IMG/VR virus record: IMGVR_UViG_3300010399_000033
Coordinates: 32,001 to 96,000 of that record
Reading direction: 5' to 3' (one strand)
Length of the DNA: 64,000 nucleotides
Source of the DNA: a virus
The notes beneath the pieces were generated by a model, which searched no databases, was not told the origin of the DNA, and saw only the letters and a list, made by a program, of their open reading frames with translations. Both the position numbers and the translations under genes were made by a program. Within the stretch, counting starts at the first letter, position 1. Every line of letters begins with the position of its first letter. This document shows positions 9,049 through 17,233 of the stretch, piece after piece.

Positions 9049-10130
9049 GCCGCAACCTCCTCGGCGTCTTCGCCGCCCTCGAACGTGCACAATGCCTCGC
9101 TACGCATGCGCAGCTTGCTCTTGCGCCGGGAGTTGATGTGGTCGTGGAGCATGACGTAAAGCACGTCGCGCGACTTCCCTGATGAGGCGCACAAATGGCT
9201 GACGGCTGGGTCGGTGACGGGGAAACTGGCGATCTTGCGCCTCAGGTCAGCGTTGACGAACAGCTTCTTCTCGTCGCGGTCCTGCCAGAAGTCGTGAGCA
9301 TCTGACAGTATCTTGGCGAGCACCGCGAGGAACGTGGTCCGCATGTAGACCGCGCCCTCCTTGTACTGGACGGCACGTACTCCCCAGCACTCGTCGATCA
9401 GGCCAAAGAACGTATGCAGGTTCTGCCGCATGTGAGTCAAGCCGACATTGCTGGTGATCTTGACCATGCAGCGTGCGAGGTCTTCCATGGCGCCGGAGGA
9501 TCCGGGCCCCTTATGGCTGTGCAGCCGGCCGGCGATGCGCAGCAGGTTGAGCGCGGTCAGCAGGTCCTGCCGGCGCATGCGCTGATCCCACGAAATGCGG
9601 TCGCACATGATGAAGCTTTTGTCGTGCGACAGTCCGTACAGCATCAGCACGGCTTCGTTGTTGTCGCGCATATTCCGCAGCAGCACGTTCGGAGACAGCT
9701 TGTGTCGCCAGTTGTTTAGCTTGTGAAACCGGTCGCGTTCCCATTCCTTGGTGGTGTTGAGATGGACCGTCGCGCCGATGGTGATCGGCACGTCGGGACG
9801 AATGCCCGCGAAATAGATGATGGTCGATTGGCGCTGCAGACCATCGATGATGAACACGGGGTCGGTCAGCTCGAATGTGTCGCTTCCTGCCGCCGACGTG
9901 AAGTTCTGGCCGCGCATGCCGAGATCGAGGTCGGGCAGCCGGTCGCCCTTCTTCAGAGCGTCGAGGATGTTGTCCTGTGACGACAGCGGCTGGACGCTGC
10001 GCTGGTAGTCATCGGTGCGCAGATTGTGCAGGGTGCTGAGATCGATGGATCCGCGCACGACAATGCCGGCGGGGGAGTTCGCGACCTCGTCGAGCGCGGC
10101 ATGGAATAGCCGCACGGGTTGGATAGCCAT
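9045..10130 (-). CDS. DGQHR/DndB/ParB-like domain protein
   Basis: DYQR...FIIDGLQR motif pair typical of the DGQHR/ParB-Srx superfamily. Confidence 0.65.
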   Translation of the reverse strand: MAIQPVRLFHAALDEVANSPAGIVVRGSIDLSTLHNLRTDDYQRSVQPLSSQDNILDALKKGDRLPDLDLGMRGQNFTSAAGSDTFELTDPVFIIDGLQRQSTIIYFAGIRPDVPITIGATVHLNTTKEWERDRFHKLNNWRHKLSPNVLLRNMRDNNEAVLMLYGLSHDKSFIMCDRISWDQRMRRQDLLTALNLLRIAGRLHSHKGPGSSGAMEDLARCMVKITSNVGLTHMRQNLHTFFGLIDECWGVRAVQYKEGAVYMRTTFLAVLAKILSDAHDFWQDRDEKKLFVNADLRRKIASFPVTDPAVSHLCASSGKSRDVLYVMLHDHINSRRKSKLRMRSEALCTFEGGEDAEEVAA

Positions 10131-10215
10131 GGCCCTTTTCTCCTGGGATGTGGGCAGTGTTTATTTGCTACGGCCAACGGGGAAACCGTTTTCGCCGCCT
10201 ACGAAATTTCCGAGA

Positions 10216-10686
10216 TCACTTCAGCGAGTGCTTCGGATGCCACTTCGTTCCGATCTGCTGAAGCATTCCCTTGTCGCGCAGCACGTAAATGGCGCTGCTG
10301 ACGGCCCGCACCGCTCCGTCGACCTGGAGCATGAGCGCCTTGCGCGTGATGCCGCCGCTCGTGTCGGCGAGCACCACGGCATGGTAGACCTTCTCGGTGA
10401 CGCTGCCGACCTCGGGCTGGTATCCGTCCTTGCCCTTGATCTCGGCAAGCTTCCTGCGGAGAAGGGTCGTGTTGATGAATTCCTCCTCCTTCTTTTTGCT
10501 CAGCTTCCGCTCCCAGATCGGAATGCCGCCACCATTGTCGACCGGCTCGAACTCGGACGGCGCGGTGTCCGGAACGCGGGTAAGCTTGACCTCGACGTTG
10601 TCCGGGCTGGCGGCGATGATGGGAGGAATGAAGTCGACCGGGATCGGGCCGATGCTGACGATGACCAGGTTTTCCTTGAACGACAT
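10216..10686 (-). CDS. Hypothetical protein, possible C-terminal wHTH
   Basis: GAAAGGA RBS; high third-position GC in this frame. Confidence 0.65.
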   Translation of the reverse strand: MSFKENLVIVSIGPIPVDFIPPIIAASPDNVEVKLTRVPDTAPSEFEPVDNGGGIPIWERKLSKKKEEEFINTTLLRRKLAEIKGKDGYQPEVGSVTEKVYHAVVLADTSGGITRKALMLQVDGAVRAVSSAIYVLRDKGMLQQIGTKWHPKHSLK

Positions 10687-10725
10687 GGAATGTCCTTTCG
10701 ATTTTGGGTGTGGCTCTCGTGGGAG

Positions 10726-10944
10726 TCATATGTTAGCTACGATGACGTCCGGAGACTCGACGATACGCACAATGTCCGGATCGCCGCCGTAGCATATACG
10801 GGCCATTCTCTCGGCTTCTCCGCGGTCCGCGAAGCGGTACGGCTCGCTTTCAACAGAGCGGAATCGTGGATCATTGCTCGGACGTATGTCGCGCCACTCA
10901 AACTTGCCGGCGATATTCACCTTGACCTGCAATCCGTATTTCAT
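10726..10944 (-). CDS. Hypothetical protein
   Basis: 72 aa, part of the tightly packed operon. Confidence 0.6.
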   Translation of the reverse strand: MKYGLQVKVNIAGKFEWRDIRPSNDPRFRSVESEPYRFADRGEAERMARICYGGDPDIVRIVESPDVIVANI

Positions 10945-10947
10945 CGC

Positions 10948-11229
10948 TCAATCGAACCTGCCGAAGATGCCGGCGCGCGTGATCCGGCCGATATGGACGC
11001 CACGCACATTCGTTTCGGCTTCGCGCACTTCACGGCTGACGTCCTCCAGCTTGACCAGATTTCCGACATTGACTTTGCGCAGCTGCTTGCCGAATGCCAC
11101 ATGCGCGAGCCATCCGTCATCGATCTTTTTGACCGTGCCCACCGTCTCGGCGTGCTTATCAAAGCCGCCGATCGACCGCAAGAACAAAGCGGACAGTTTG
11201 ACCTTGTCGTTCTTCTTGATAGCAGTCAC
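10948..11229 (-). CDS. Hypothetical protein
   Basis: GTG at 11229 with GGAGG RBS. Confidence 0.55.
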   Translation of the reverse strand: MTAIKKNDKVKLSALFLRSIGGFDKHAETVGTVKKIDDGWLAHVAFGKQLRKVNVGNLVKLEDVSREVREAETNVRGVHIGRITRAGIFGRFD

Positions 11230-11375
11230 TTCTTGTCCTCCCATCGCGACGCTCGCCTTCCCACGCTGGGATGGCGGATCATGCGAACGGACACAAGTCC
11301 GGCGAATACCCATGCCGCGCCGACCAAAACTCCGGCAAGCTGCAAGTCGGTGGCGGTTTTCAGCCATTCGATCAC
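11226..11375 (-). CDS. 49-aa single-TM peptide
   Basis: Not in the ORF track. MIEWLKTATDLQLAGVLVGAAWVFAGLVSVRMIR..., with GTGA overlaps at both ends. Confidence 0.5.
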   Translation of the reverse strand: MIEWLKTATDLQLAGVLVGAAWVFAGLVSVRMIRHPSVGRRASRWEDKK

Positions 11376-11860
11376 TGGCGCGTTCCTCGCTGCGGCAGCA
11401 GTCCGATCATGCGGCCCTCAGACTCTGCCTTTGTAGGCATCTGCACCAACGGTCCAAGACTTGGCCGCTTTCCGGCATCGCGGATGATTTTGCGATACCA
11501 ACACAGCTGTCCGCATGTCTCGTCCTCCCCGGACATGAAAACTACCTCGAACCGCTTGGGGTGAGTCTTGACGCCGTCGCGCATGGCGGCATTCATTTCG
11601 TCCTCGGAGGCGGTCTCGTTCGACATCACCCAGGCCTCGTCGAGGTAGACGTAGCGCACCACGTCGAGTTCCTCGAACAGAACGCGGATGGCCATTATGG
11701 ACAGCTCCTTGTTCTCGGCGTATGGAGGTCGTATGATGGAGTGCTGCCCGGACCGCAGCACCACGTGGTACATGGCGCTGACGCCGCCATGCTCGCCGAA
11801 GTATCTGTCGCAGAACGTGGACATGAACTCGGAAATCTGTCGCAGATCCTTCTCGCTCAT
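11372..11860 (-). CDS. Hypothetical protein
   Basis: ATG at 11860 (MSEKDL), AAGGAG RBS, ATGA coupling. Confidence 0.7.
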   Translation of the reverse strand: MSEKDLRQISEFMSTFCDRYFGEHGGVSAMYHVVLRSGQHSIIRPPYAENKELSIMAIRVLFEELDVVRYVYLDEAWVMSNETASEDEMNAAMRDGVKTHPKRFEVVFMSGEDETCGQLCWYRKIIRDAGKRPSLGPLVQMPTKAESEGRMIGLLPQRGTRQ

Positions 11861-12255
11861 TTTGCAATCTCCTTGCGAACGTACCTCTCCGAGCGGTTGA
11901 CGAACCGCATGAATGGCTGCTTCCGTCTTCCACACTTGCCTGGCTTACGTTCCTGCATGGCGCGGTGATCGAACCACCAATCCAGATACATGTCGTGAAG
12001 CTCCTTGTCCTTCACGCTGTCCTTGAAATTGGGGTAGTCGAGCTTCAGCACACGGTCTGCCAGCAGCTTGGCGACGGTGACGCGCGGCACGATAGAGCGC
12101 CACCGGTAGTCATTGCTTTTGGTCTCGACAATGCCCTTCCGACTGGAAAGGAACGCCTCCAGATGCGCGCGGCGACGAGCGCGGACCATCAAGCACGTGG
12201 GGTCGTCCTTCAGCTCGACGATCGATATGAACCCGTCGTTTGATGCAATCCACAT
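11857..12255 (-). CDS. Conserved-looking phage hypothetical protein
   Basis: MWIASNDGFISIV...VRAR...DYRWR...DYPNFK; AAGGAG RBS. Confidence 0.72.
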   Translation of the reverse strand: MWIASNDGFISIVELKDDPTCLMVRARRRAHLEAFLSSRKGIVETKSNDYRWRSIVPRVTVAKLLADRVLKLDYPNFKDSVKDKELHDMYLDWWFDHRAMQERKPGKCGRRKQPFMRFVNRSERYVRKEIAK

Positions 12256-12282
12256 TTACCAATCTCCTTTTTCTTTCTGGGA

Positions 12283-12540
12283 TCAGTCGAACCACACCGT
12301 CTGTGGATCGTAATGGCCTGGATAGCAGGGACATGACCGCACCTCGAAGTCCGGCGCGTTGCCCCAGATCTGATGCAGCGTGCTCTCGTCAGTATTTTCC
12401 ATCACGGCATTGATCCATGCCTGCGCCTCCGCAAACTCGCTGTACGTGTAGCGTCCCTGTGCCGGGCGCATCAGCGTGCGCTCGCCATTCTTGTTCACGT
12501 AGGTTGGGACGTAGCGGATGACGTGCGGTCTGTCGGTCAT
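12283..12540 (-). CDS. Hypothetical protein
   Basis: ATG at 12540 with GAGGGG RBS. Confidence 0.65.
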   Translation of the reverse strand: MTDRPHVIRYVPTYVNKNGERTLMRPAQGRYTYSEFAEAQAWINAVMENTDESTLHQIWGNAPDFEVRSCPCYPGHYDPQTVWFD

Positions 12541-12553
12541 TTTCAATCCCCTC

Positions 12554-13804
12554 TCAAGTCCGGAGCGCGACGCGGGTGAGGACGGTTTCCTTGATGCCGT
12601 CCCGCTCCTTGTGCGCCTTGACCGTTCCATCGAACACCACGGAAGTTCCGGGGGTGATAACCCGATCGCCAGTGGCGAACCAAGTGAACACGTTGCCGTC
12701 GACCGTGACGAGCTTCACCAGCGTTGACGGGCCGTACATGGACTCCATCGGACGCGCCGTCGTGATGGTGGCAGCGATGTTGCGCAGGCGCTGCTTGATC
12801 TCGCCGACATGCGTGCTCGACGCCAGCTGCTTCCGCTTGATGTTCAGTTCGGCTTCCCGCTCCATGTGGCGCAGGTAGGCCTGAACACCGGAGCACACCA
12901 GCCCGAGATGCTTGGCCTCGGTGAGGTCGTTCACCACCAGCGTGACCAGGTTTTTCTCGTAGTCGCTGCGCGCGTGCTGCGCGAGCCATCCCTTGATCCA
13001 CGCGACCACTTCGCCGGCACGCTGCGCATGGACTGGGTTGGTTTCGATCTCATTGAGCGCCTTCGCCATGACAGTTCGCGCGTGCTCGTCCGCCTTGAAC
13101 CAGTAGTGCTTGTTCACCAGGCCTGCGGTCGCTTGTCCGATGCCGCTTCCTTCGGCGGCACGCGACACCCAGCCGTAAAGCGTGATGTACGCGGAGGTCA
13201 GCGTCAGCGCTTCCAGCGTGTCGCAGCGGTTCTCGAAATACCCGCGCCAGCAATGCTCGGAGCCCTCATGGATCTGCTCATAGGTGTGCAGACGCGAGGC
13301 AGCGGCGCCGATGAGGCGGGGATCGTTGATGCCGGTGAAATCGGCGAGGCACTGCCGGCCGACCTGCTTCTGTTCACCGTTCTCGACGCTGCGGATGATG
13401 AAGGTGTCGTTGCGGCGACGCCGCTTGTTGCAGTGCTCGCATGTGTCTGGGCTAAGCGCACGAAAACGGTCGTCGACCGTGGCGCCCGTGCTCGACGGAA
13501 CAGTGTGGAACAGCACCGATGCGCCATCGCTCAGGTACTCGACCCGTGCAAGGAATTCCCACCCATTGAGTCGCGGCGCTTCGCCGGTCAGCTCGATCAC
13601 CAGCGCATCGCACTGGTATTCGCGCGTGCGCTCGGTAGTGCTGTCGAAGATGATGGTGTGCGCGCGCGTCACCTTCTCGTGACGCAGAATGGAGACGGTA
13701 ATCTCCGGAGCGCCGAGCTTCACGGCGCGTCGATTGAGCTTCGCGATATCGGCCTGGAAATCAGCCCAGGCCGGCGCGGGGATGGTGAATTCGGTGGTCG
13801 TCAT
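12554..13804 (-). CDS. Early phage protein with Zn-binding motif and probable C-terminal OB fold
   Basis: CEHCNKRRRRN...QVGRQC; C-terminus HVGEIKQR...GTVKAHKERDGIKETVLTR; directly downstream of a sigma70-like promoter. Confidence 0.75.
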   Translation of the reverse strand: MTTTEFTIPAPAWADFQADIAKLNRRAVKLGAPEITVSILRHEKVTRAHTIIFDSTTERTREYQCDALVIELTGEAPRLNGWEFLARVEYLSDGASVLFHTVPSSTGATVDDRFRALSPDTCEHCNKRRRRNDTFIIRSVENGEQKQVGRQCLADFTGINDPRLIGAAASRLHTYEQIHEGSEHCWRGYFENRCDTLEALTLTSAYITLYGWVSRAAEGSGIGQATAGLVNKHYWFKADEHARTVMAKALNEIETNPVHAQRAGEVVAWIKGWLAQHARSDYEKNLVTLVVNDLTEAKHLGLVCSGVQAYLRHMEREAELNIKRKQLASSTHVGEIKQRLRNIAATITTARPMESMYGPSTLVKLVTVDGNVFTWFATGDRVITPGTSVVFDGTVKAHKERDGIKETVLTRVALRT

Positions 13805-13838
13805 TTGGGAAGTGCCCCTTCGCCGTTCGATGGGGAGC

Positions 13839-13867
13839 ATCATATCGGAGCTTAGCGCGCGATGCAA
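13839..13867 (-). promoter_or_regulatory. Sigma70-like early promoter
   Basis: TTGCAT-17 bp-TATGAT on the minus strand, upstream of 13804. Confidence 0.6.
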
Positions 13868-13949
13868 GAGCTATTCGGCACCTCGAGACGATTTTTCTCG
13901 GCAGTGTCCAGCTCCTCCCGGTGTTCCGCCCAATGGCATCCGCACTTAG

Positions 13950-14198
13950 TCATCGTACGATCTCGATCTCTGTCTCGAACGGAACATCACAGCCGTTATG
14001 CATGCTATCGCCGAACTCCTGCATGAGACGCCACAGCTGCCATGTCGACCAGCCGCCCGCGTCTTCCTCTGACGGCACGAACGGAAGATGCGGAACGAGC
14101 CTGTAGTGATTGAACTTCAGGACATCGCGCCCTTTGTCAGTGAGCCTGACGCGGACCTCGTCGTTTATGTTGATCCGGATTGACATGATCAAATCCAT
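13950..14198 (-). CDS. Hypothetical protein
   Basis: ININDEVRVRLTDKG...WQLWRLMQEFG; start at 14198 or 14186. Confidence 0.65.
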   Translation of the reverse strand: MDLIMSIRININDEVRVRLTDKGRDVLKFNHYRLVPHLPFVPSEEDAGGWSTWQLWRLMQEFGDSMHNGCDVPFETEIEIVR

Positions 14199-14620
14199 CT
14201 TGCTGGCGCGAGTGGCTCGCTTCCTTTGATGACCGGCGTGCCCCAACCCCTCCACACGAAGACGCCGTCGACCGGCTCGTAGATCGGTAGACGCATTCTG
14301 CGCCATTCCTTGCCGATGTACATGAATGCGCGATGGATCTCGTTGTTGCTGTCACGCACTTCGACCTCCTTGCGGTCGTAACTGCCCTCGATCCGGTCCA
14401 GTTCCGCGAACAGCAGGTCGGGGACCGAGTAAAGCTCGCCCGCCACAGGATGCTTATGGCTGCTTTCGGGATCGTAGCGCACGACCGGGAAGCCGAGATC
14501 GTGCATGACGAACTGCTCGATCGTCTGGCATTCGCCGAGGAACTGCTTGTCAGGACCGGACAGCATGCGGTTCAGGCTGTATCCGCGCTTGAGCGATCCG
14601 TAGACAAAAAGCAATGGCAT
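14189..14620 (-). CDS. Gamma-glutamylcyclotransferase (GGCT/AIG2-like)
   Basis: LFVYGSLKRG...GELY...LDRIEG.YDR signature. Confidence 0.88.
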   Translation of the reverse strand: MPLLFVYGSLKRGYSLNRMLSGPDKQFLGECQTIEQFVMHDLGFPVVRYDPESSHKHPVAGELYSVPDLLFAELDRIEGSYDRKEVEVRDSNNEIHRAFMYIGKEWRRMRLPIYEPVDGVFVWRGWGTPVIKGSEPLAPARWI

Positions 14621-14810
14621 GGTGGCATCCTTTTGTTTGATCATGGTTGCAGGTCGAGACGCCTGTCATTCAGGGTATCAGCCCTATATCCTGTCCACGG
14701 GGTTAGCGCCGCGAGTTGACAGGCGGAAGTTTGCCTTCCGTGACAGGCGTCCGGATCTGCATCCCGGAGAAAGACGCGCGCCCAGCTTTTGGACCGAGCG
14801 CGCGTCAGAC

Positions 14811-15344
14811 TCAGTAGTCCTCGTCGTCCGGGTCTCCGAGCGGATCGTCCTCCTCGTCCTCCTCGTCCACACCCAGGACCTGCATTGGCAGCGGCGCTGG
14901 GAGGATCTGCGCAGCCGATCGAGGCGTCGACGGTGCGGGCGAGGCGTCGATCGTGCGCCCCAGAAGGTTGAGCGTTTCGACGTAGGAGTCGTTGATCGGG
15001 TAGACCTTGATGCCGCGCCCGTCGGCGAAGCTGATGACCAGAACATCGGGGTTGGCGTTGCTCTGGTTCACCCCGGAGAGATGCGCTGGATAGACCGAGA
15101 TCCGCCGACCATCAGGACGCGTGAACTCGACCAGGGTGCCGCCAGCCTCGCGCAGGCGAGCGCAGACGTCAGTGTAGCTGACCGAGGTTTTGTAGCCACG
15201 ACCGTTCTGCATGCGGATGATTACGCAGTTGCGGTCGTCGGCGCCGGGGCTGGGGTCGGGAGCGTTCGGCTCCAAAACACCCGCCACGTAGCTCGGGTGG
15301 ACGTTCAGACGCGTCCCATCGGGACGATTGAATTCGACGAGCAT
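14811..15344 (-). CDS. Protein with tandem FlbD-like repeats and acidic tail
   Basis: Two copies of LVEF(N/T)RPDG-R---(H/Y)P----GV; GGAGG RBS. Confidence 0.6.
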   Translation of the reverse strand: MLVEFNRPDGTRLNVHPSYVAGVLEPNAPDPSPGADDRNCVIIRMQNGRGYKTSVSYTDVCARLREAGGTLVEFTRPDGRRISVYPAHLSGVNQSNANPDVLVISFADGRGIKVYPINDSYVETLNLLGRTIDASPAPSTPRSAAQILPAPLPMQVLGVDEEDEEDDPLGDPDDEDY

Positions 15345-15402
15345 GGTTGTTCCTCCTATCTGCGTCGAATGATGGTGCCGATCGCACCGCGAGCAGCTCC
15401 GC

Positions 15403-15675
15403 TTAGGAAGCTGCTGACGCTGCGGTCATGGCTAGTGCTTTGATCGCCTCTTTCAAATCGGCAGCCTCCTGCCGCCATGCTCTCGCCTCATGCTCCTTGT
15501 GGATAACCCAAAAACGAAGCTTGAGCGCAAGTGGATTGACAAGCTGCCCATTCACCCAGCAAGCCTCGAGACGCGGGCGAAAGTGCGTAGCAACCGCTTC
15601 GCTGCCCTCGGCGAGAAGCTCCAAACTGTCGACCTGCTCCTGCAGCTTGTCGGCCAATGATTTTTCCGTGCTCAT
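15403..15675 (-). CDS. Hypothetical coiled-coil protein
   Basis: ATG at 15675, coupled to the upstream small ORF. Confidence 0.55.
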   Translation of the reverse strand: MSTEKSLADKLQEQVDSLELLAEGSEAVATHFRPRLEACWVNGQLVNPLALKLRFWVIHKEHEARAWRQEAADLKEAIKALAMTAASAAS

Positions 15676-15821
15676 TTGTGGACCCATCCAATGTTGATCG
15701 AACCGTCGAGGCCTCGCGTGAACCGCACGCCGTTGCGAACGTAGCAGCAGGTGCCCTGCCGCCAATGGATCATCTTCCGGAACGTCTGAAACGCGCGTTG
15801 GTATTCGCCACGCCTGATCAT
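15672..15821 (-). CDS. 49-aa hypothetical protein
   Basis: Not in the ORF track. MIRRGEYQRAFQTFRK..., AAGGAG RBS, ATGA coupling. Confidence 0.55.
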   Translation of the reverse strand: MIRRGEYQRAFQTFRKMIHWRQGTCCYVRNGVRFTRGLDGSINIGWVHK

Positions 15822-15834
15822 GACTGGTCTCCTT

Positions 15835-16056
15835 TTACAGTCCATATGACTGCGCGAGCAACTCTGCTTGTCGGGGATCGCGGACCGCGGCGACGCTGCC
15901 GGCGATGGCGAGCACGCGAAAGCGGGTGGTGGATAAGCTGTCGAGCGTGCCGCCGCTTTCGCAGCGCATGTACGCCTCGACGTGGCGGGGGTCGATCTTG
16001 GGCAGTGGTGGGATGATGCCCAAGATCTGCTGCTGGTATGCCGATTTGTGTGCCAT
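15835..16056 (-). CDS. Hypothetical early protein
   Basis: MAHKSAY...DPRHVEAYMR...TLDSLS; TGATG coupling. Confidence 0.65.
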   Translation of the reverse strand: MAHKSAYQQQILGIIPPLPKIDPRHVEAYMRCESGGTLDSLSTTRFRVLAIAGSVAAVRDPRQAELLAQSYGL

Positions 16057-16256
16057 CACTGCACCGTCTCGTCGACGAAGGGGATGGAAAACCGCTTGGC
16101 GTATTTTGCGGCGTGCTTCCGCAAACCGGGGAGTGACTTGCCGGTTCGGTACGGAAAGCTCTCGATCACGGTGGATCCGCTCTTGGTCTCCGGAGCGAAC
16201 ACGCGCAATTGGATGTGCGTCGCTGTCCGCTGCAGCACGATTTTGGTGGGGGTCAT
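16056..16256 (-). CDS. Hypothetical early protein
   Basis: ATG at 16256 with GGAG RBS, first gene after the leftward promoter. Confidence 0.6.
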   Translation of the reverse strand: MTPTKIVLQRTATHIQLRVFAPETKSGSTVIESFPYRTGKSLPGLRKHAAKYAKRFSIPFVDETVQ

Positions 16257-16282
16257 TGCCGATCTCCATTTCGATGGAAACG

Positions 16283-16409
16283 AGCATAAGCTAGAGAAAA
16301 ATGGATTGCAAGAACTATTTTTGTGCATATTCCCATACCATGTCATTGATTTTGCTATGCTTTCGTGTCGCACAATTCCCTTGACATCCATTTCGTGAGC
16401 CGATATTCA
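16283..16409. promoter_or_regulatory. Divergent sigma70-like promoter pair
   Basis: AT-rich gap. Minus strand TTGCAA-17-TATGCT (16311-16283); plus strand TTGACA-17-TATTCA (16381-16409); both -35 boxes are followed by TCCATTT. Confidence 0.65.
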
Positions 16410-16456
16410 TTGCCACATCGGCTCAGACGGAGCCTTTTCCGAAGGGGCACTTCCCA

Positions 16457-16756
16457 ATGACAGACAATCGTCCCGGCATCGTCTTGTGGCGTGACCGCGA
16501 GGCGGGGTGTTGGATGCGGACCGATCGCGGCGCGTCCATCCGCGATGACGTCACATCCAATATGGCGTACTCCAGCGCTGAAAAGGCGGGAGACGTGGCG
16601 CGGATAGTGATGAGGGCCAATCCCGGAACGCGCGTGGGTATCAAGTCTTGTGAGTTCGGCCCGATGACTGTTGCTTATTGCATCCGCAATGGCTATGGCG
16701 ACGTTCTGTGGATGCAAGCACGCCAGCTGTTTGAGGCTATTCCCAATGTCCGATAA
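16457..16756 (+). CDS. Hypothetical early protein
   Basis: First gene after the rightward promoter; GAAGGGG RBS. Confidence 0.6.
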   Translation: MTDNRPGIVLWRDREAGCWMRTDRGASIRDDVTSNMAYSSAEKAGDVARIVMRANPGTRVGIKSCEFGPMTVAYCIRNGYGDVLWMQARQLFEAIPNVR

Positions 16757-17231
16757 AACCACATGCCAGATCTGCGCGCGGCGGATCAAGGCCGCCAAGG
16801 GCGTGATTGCTCACCATGGGTACAAGCGGCCCGGTGGTGGATGGCAGACCGGCTCATGCTTCGGCGCACGGCACCTTCCCTACGAGGTTTCGTGCGACGT
16901 CATTCCGCTTGCGATCGCAAATACTGAGCGGCAGCGGGAAAGGACGGTCGCCGCGTTGGAAAAGCTGCGCACGTCGCCGCCGGATAGGATGTCATACATC
17001 AAAAGGGGGTATGACGCGAGCTACCGACAGACTCAAACTCTGGTCGAGGTCCCTCGACCGGATGGCTTCGATCCCAAGACCTGTCGGAATAACTTCATTT
17101 CCGGGTCTTATGTGGGCCTCTATCTTAGCGCCATCAAGGACGATGAATTCGCTATCCAGGACATGACCGCATTTTTGAAGTATCTCAATGAGCGCCTCGC
17201 CAACTGGAAACCGGTGAGGACTGGGGGCTGA
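16746..17231 (+). CDS. Hypothetical protein with Zn-binding motif
   Basis: CQIC...HHGY...SCFG. Confidence 0.7.
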   Translation: MSDKTTCQICARRIKAAKGVIAHHGYKRPGGGWQTGSCFGARHLPYEVSCDVIPLAIANTERQRERTVAALEKLRTSPPDRMSYIKRGYDASYRQTQTLVEVPRPDGFDPKTCRNNFISGSYVGLYLSAIKDDEFAIQDMTAFLKYLNERLANWKPVRTGG

Positions 17232-17233
17232 CA

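Noticed and set aside
10015-11968. Long plus-strand ORFs (473 aa and 364 aa)
   Set aside because: Antisense shadows of tightly coupled minus-strand genes that have RBSs; no protein-like motifs. This is expected in high-GC DNA.
14700-14790. c-di-GMP-I riboswitch-like GGCAAAC on the minus strand
   Set aside because: The GNRA/receptor P2 and P3 elements of that riboswitch are not present.
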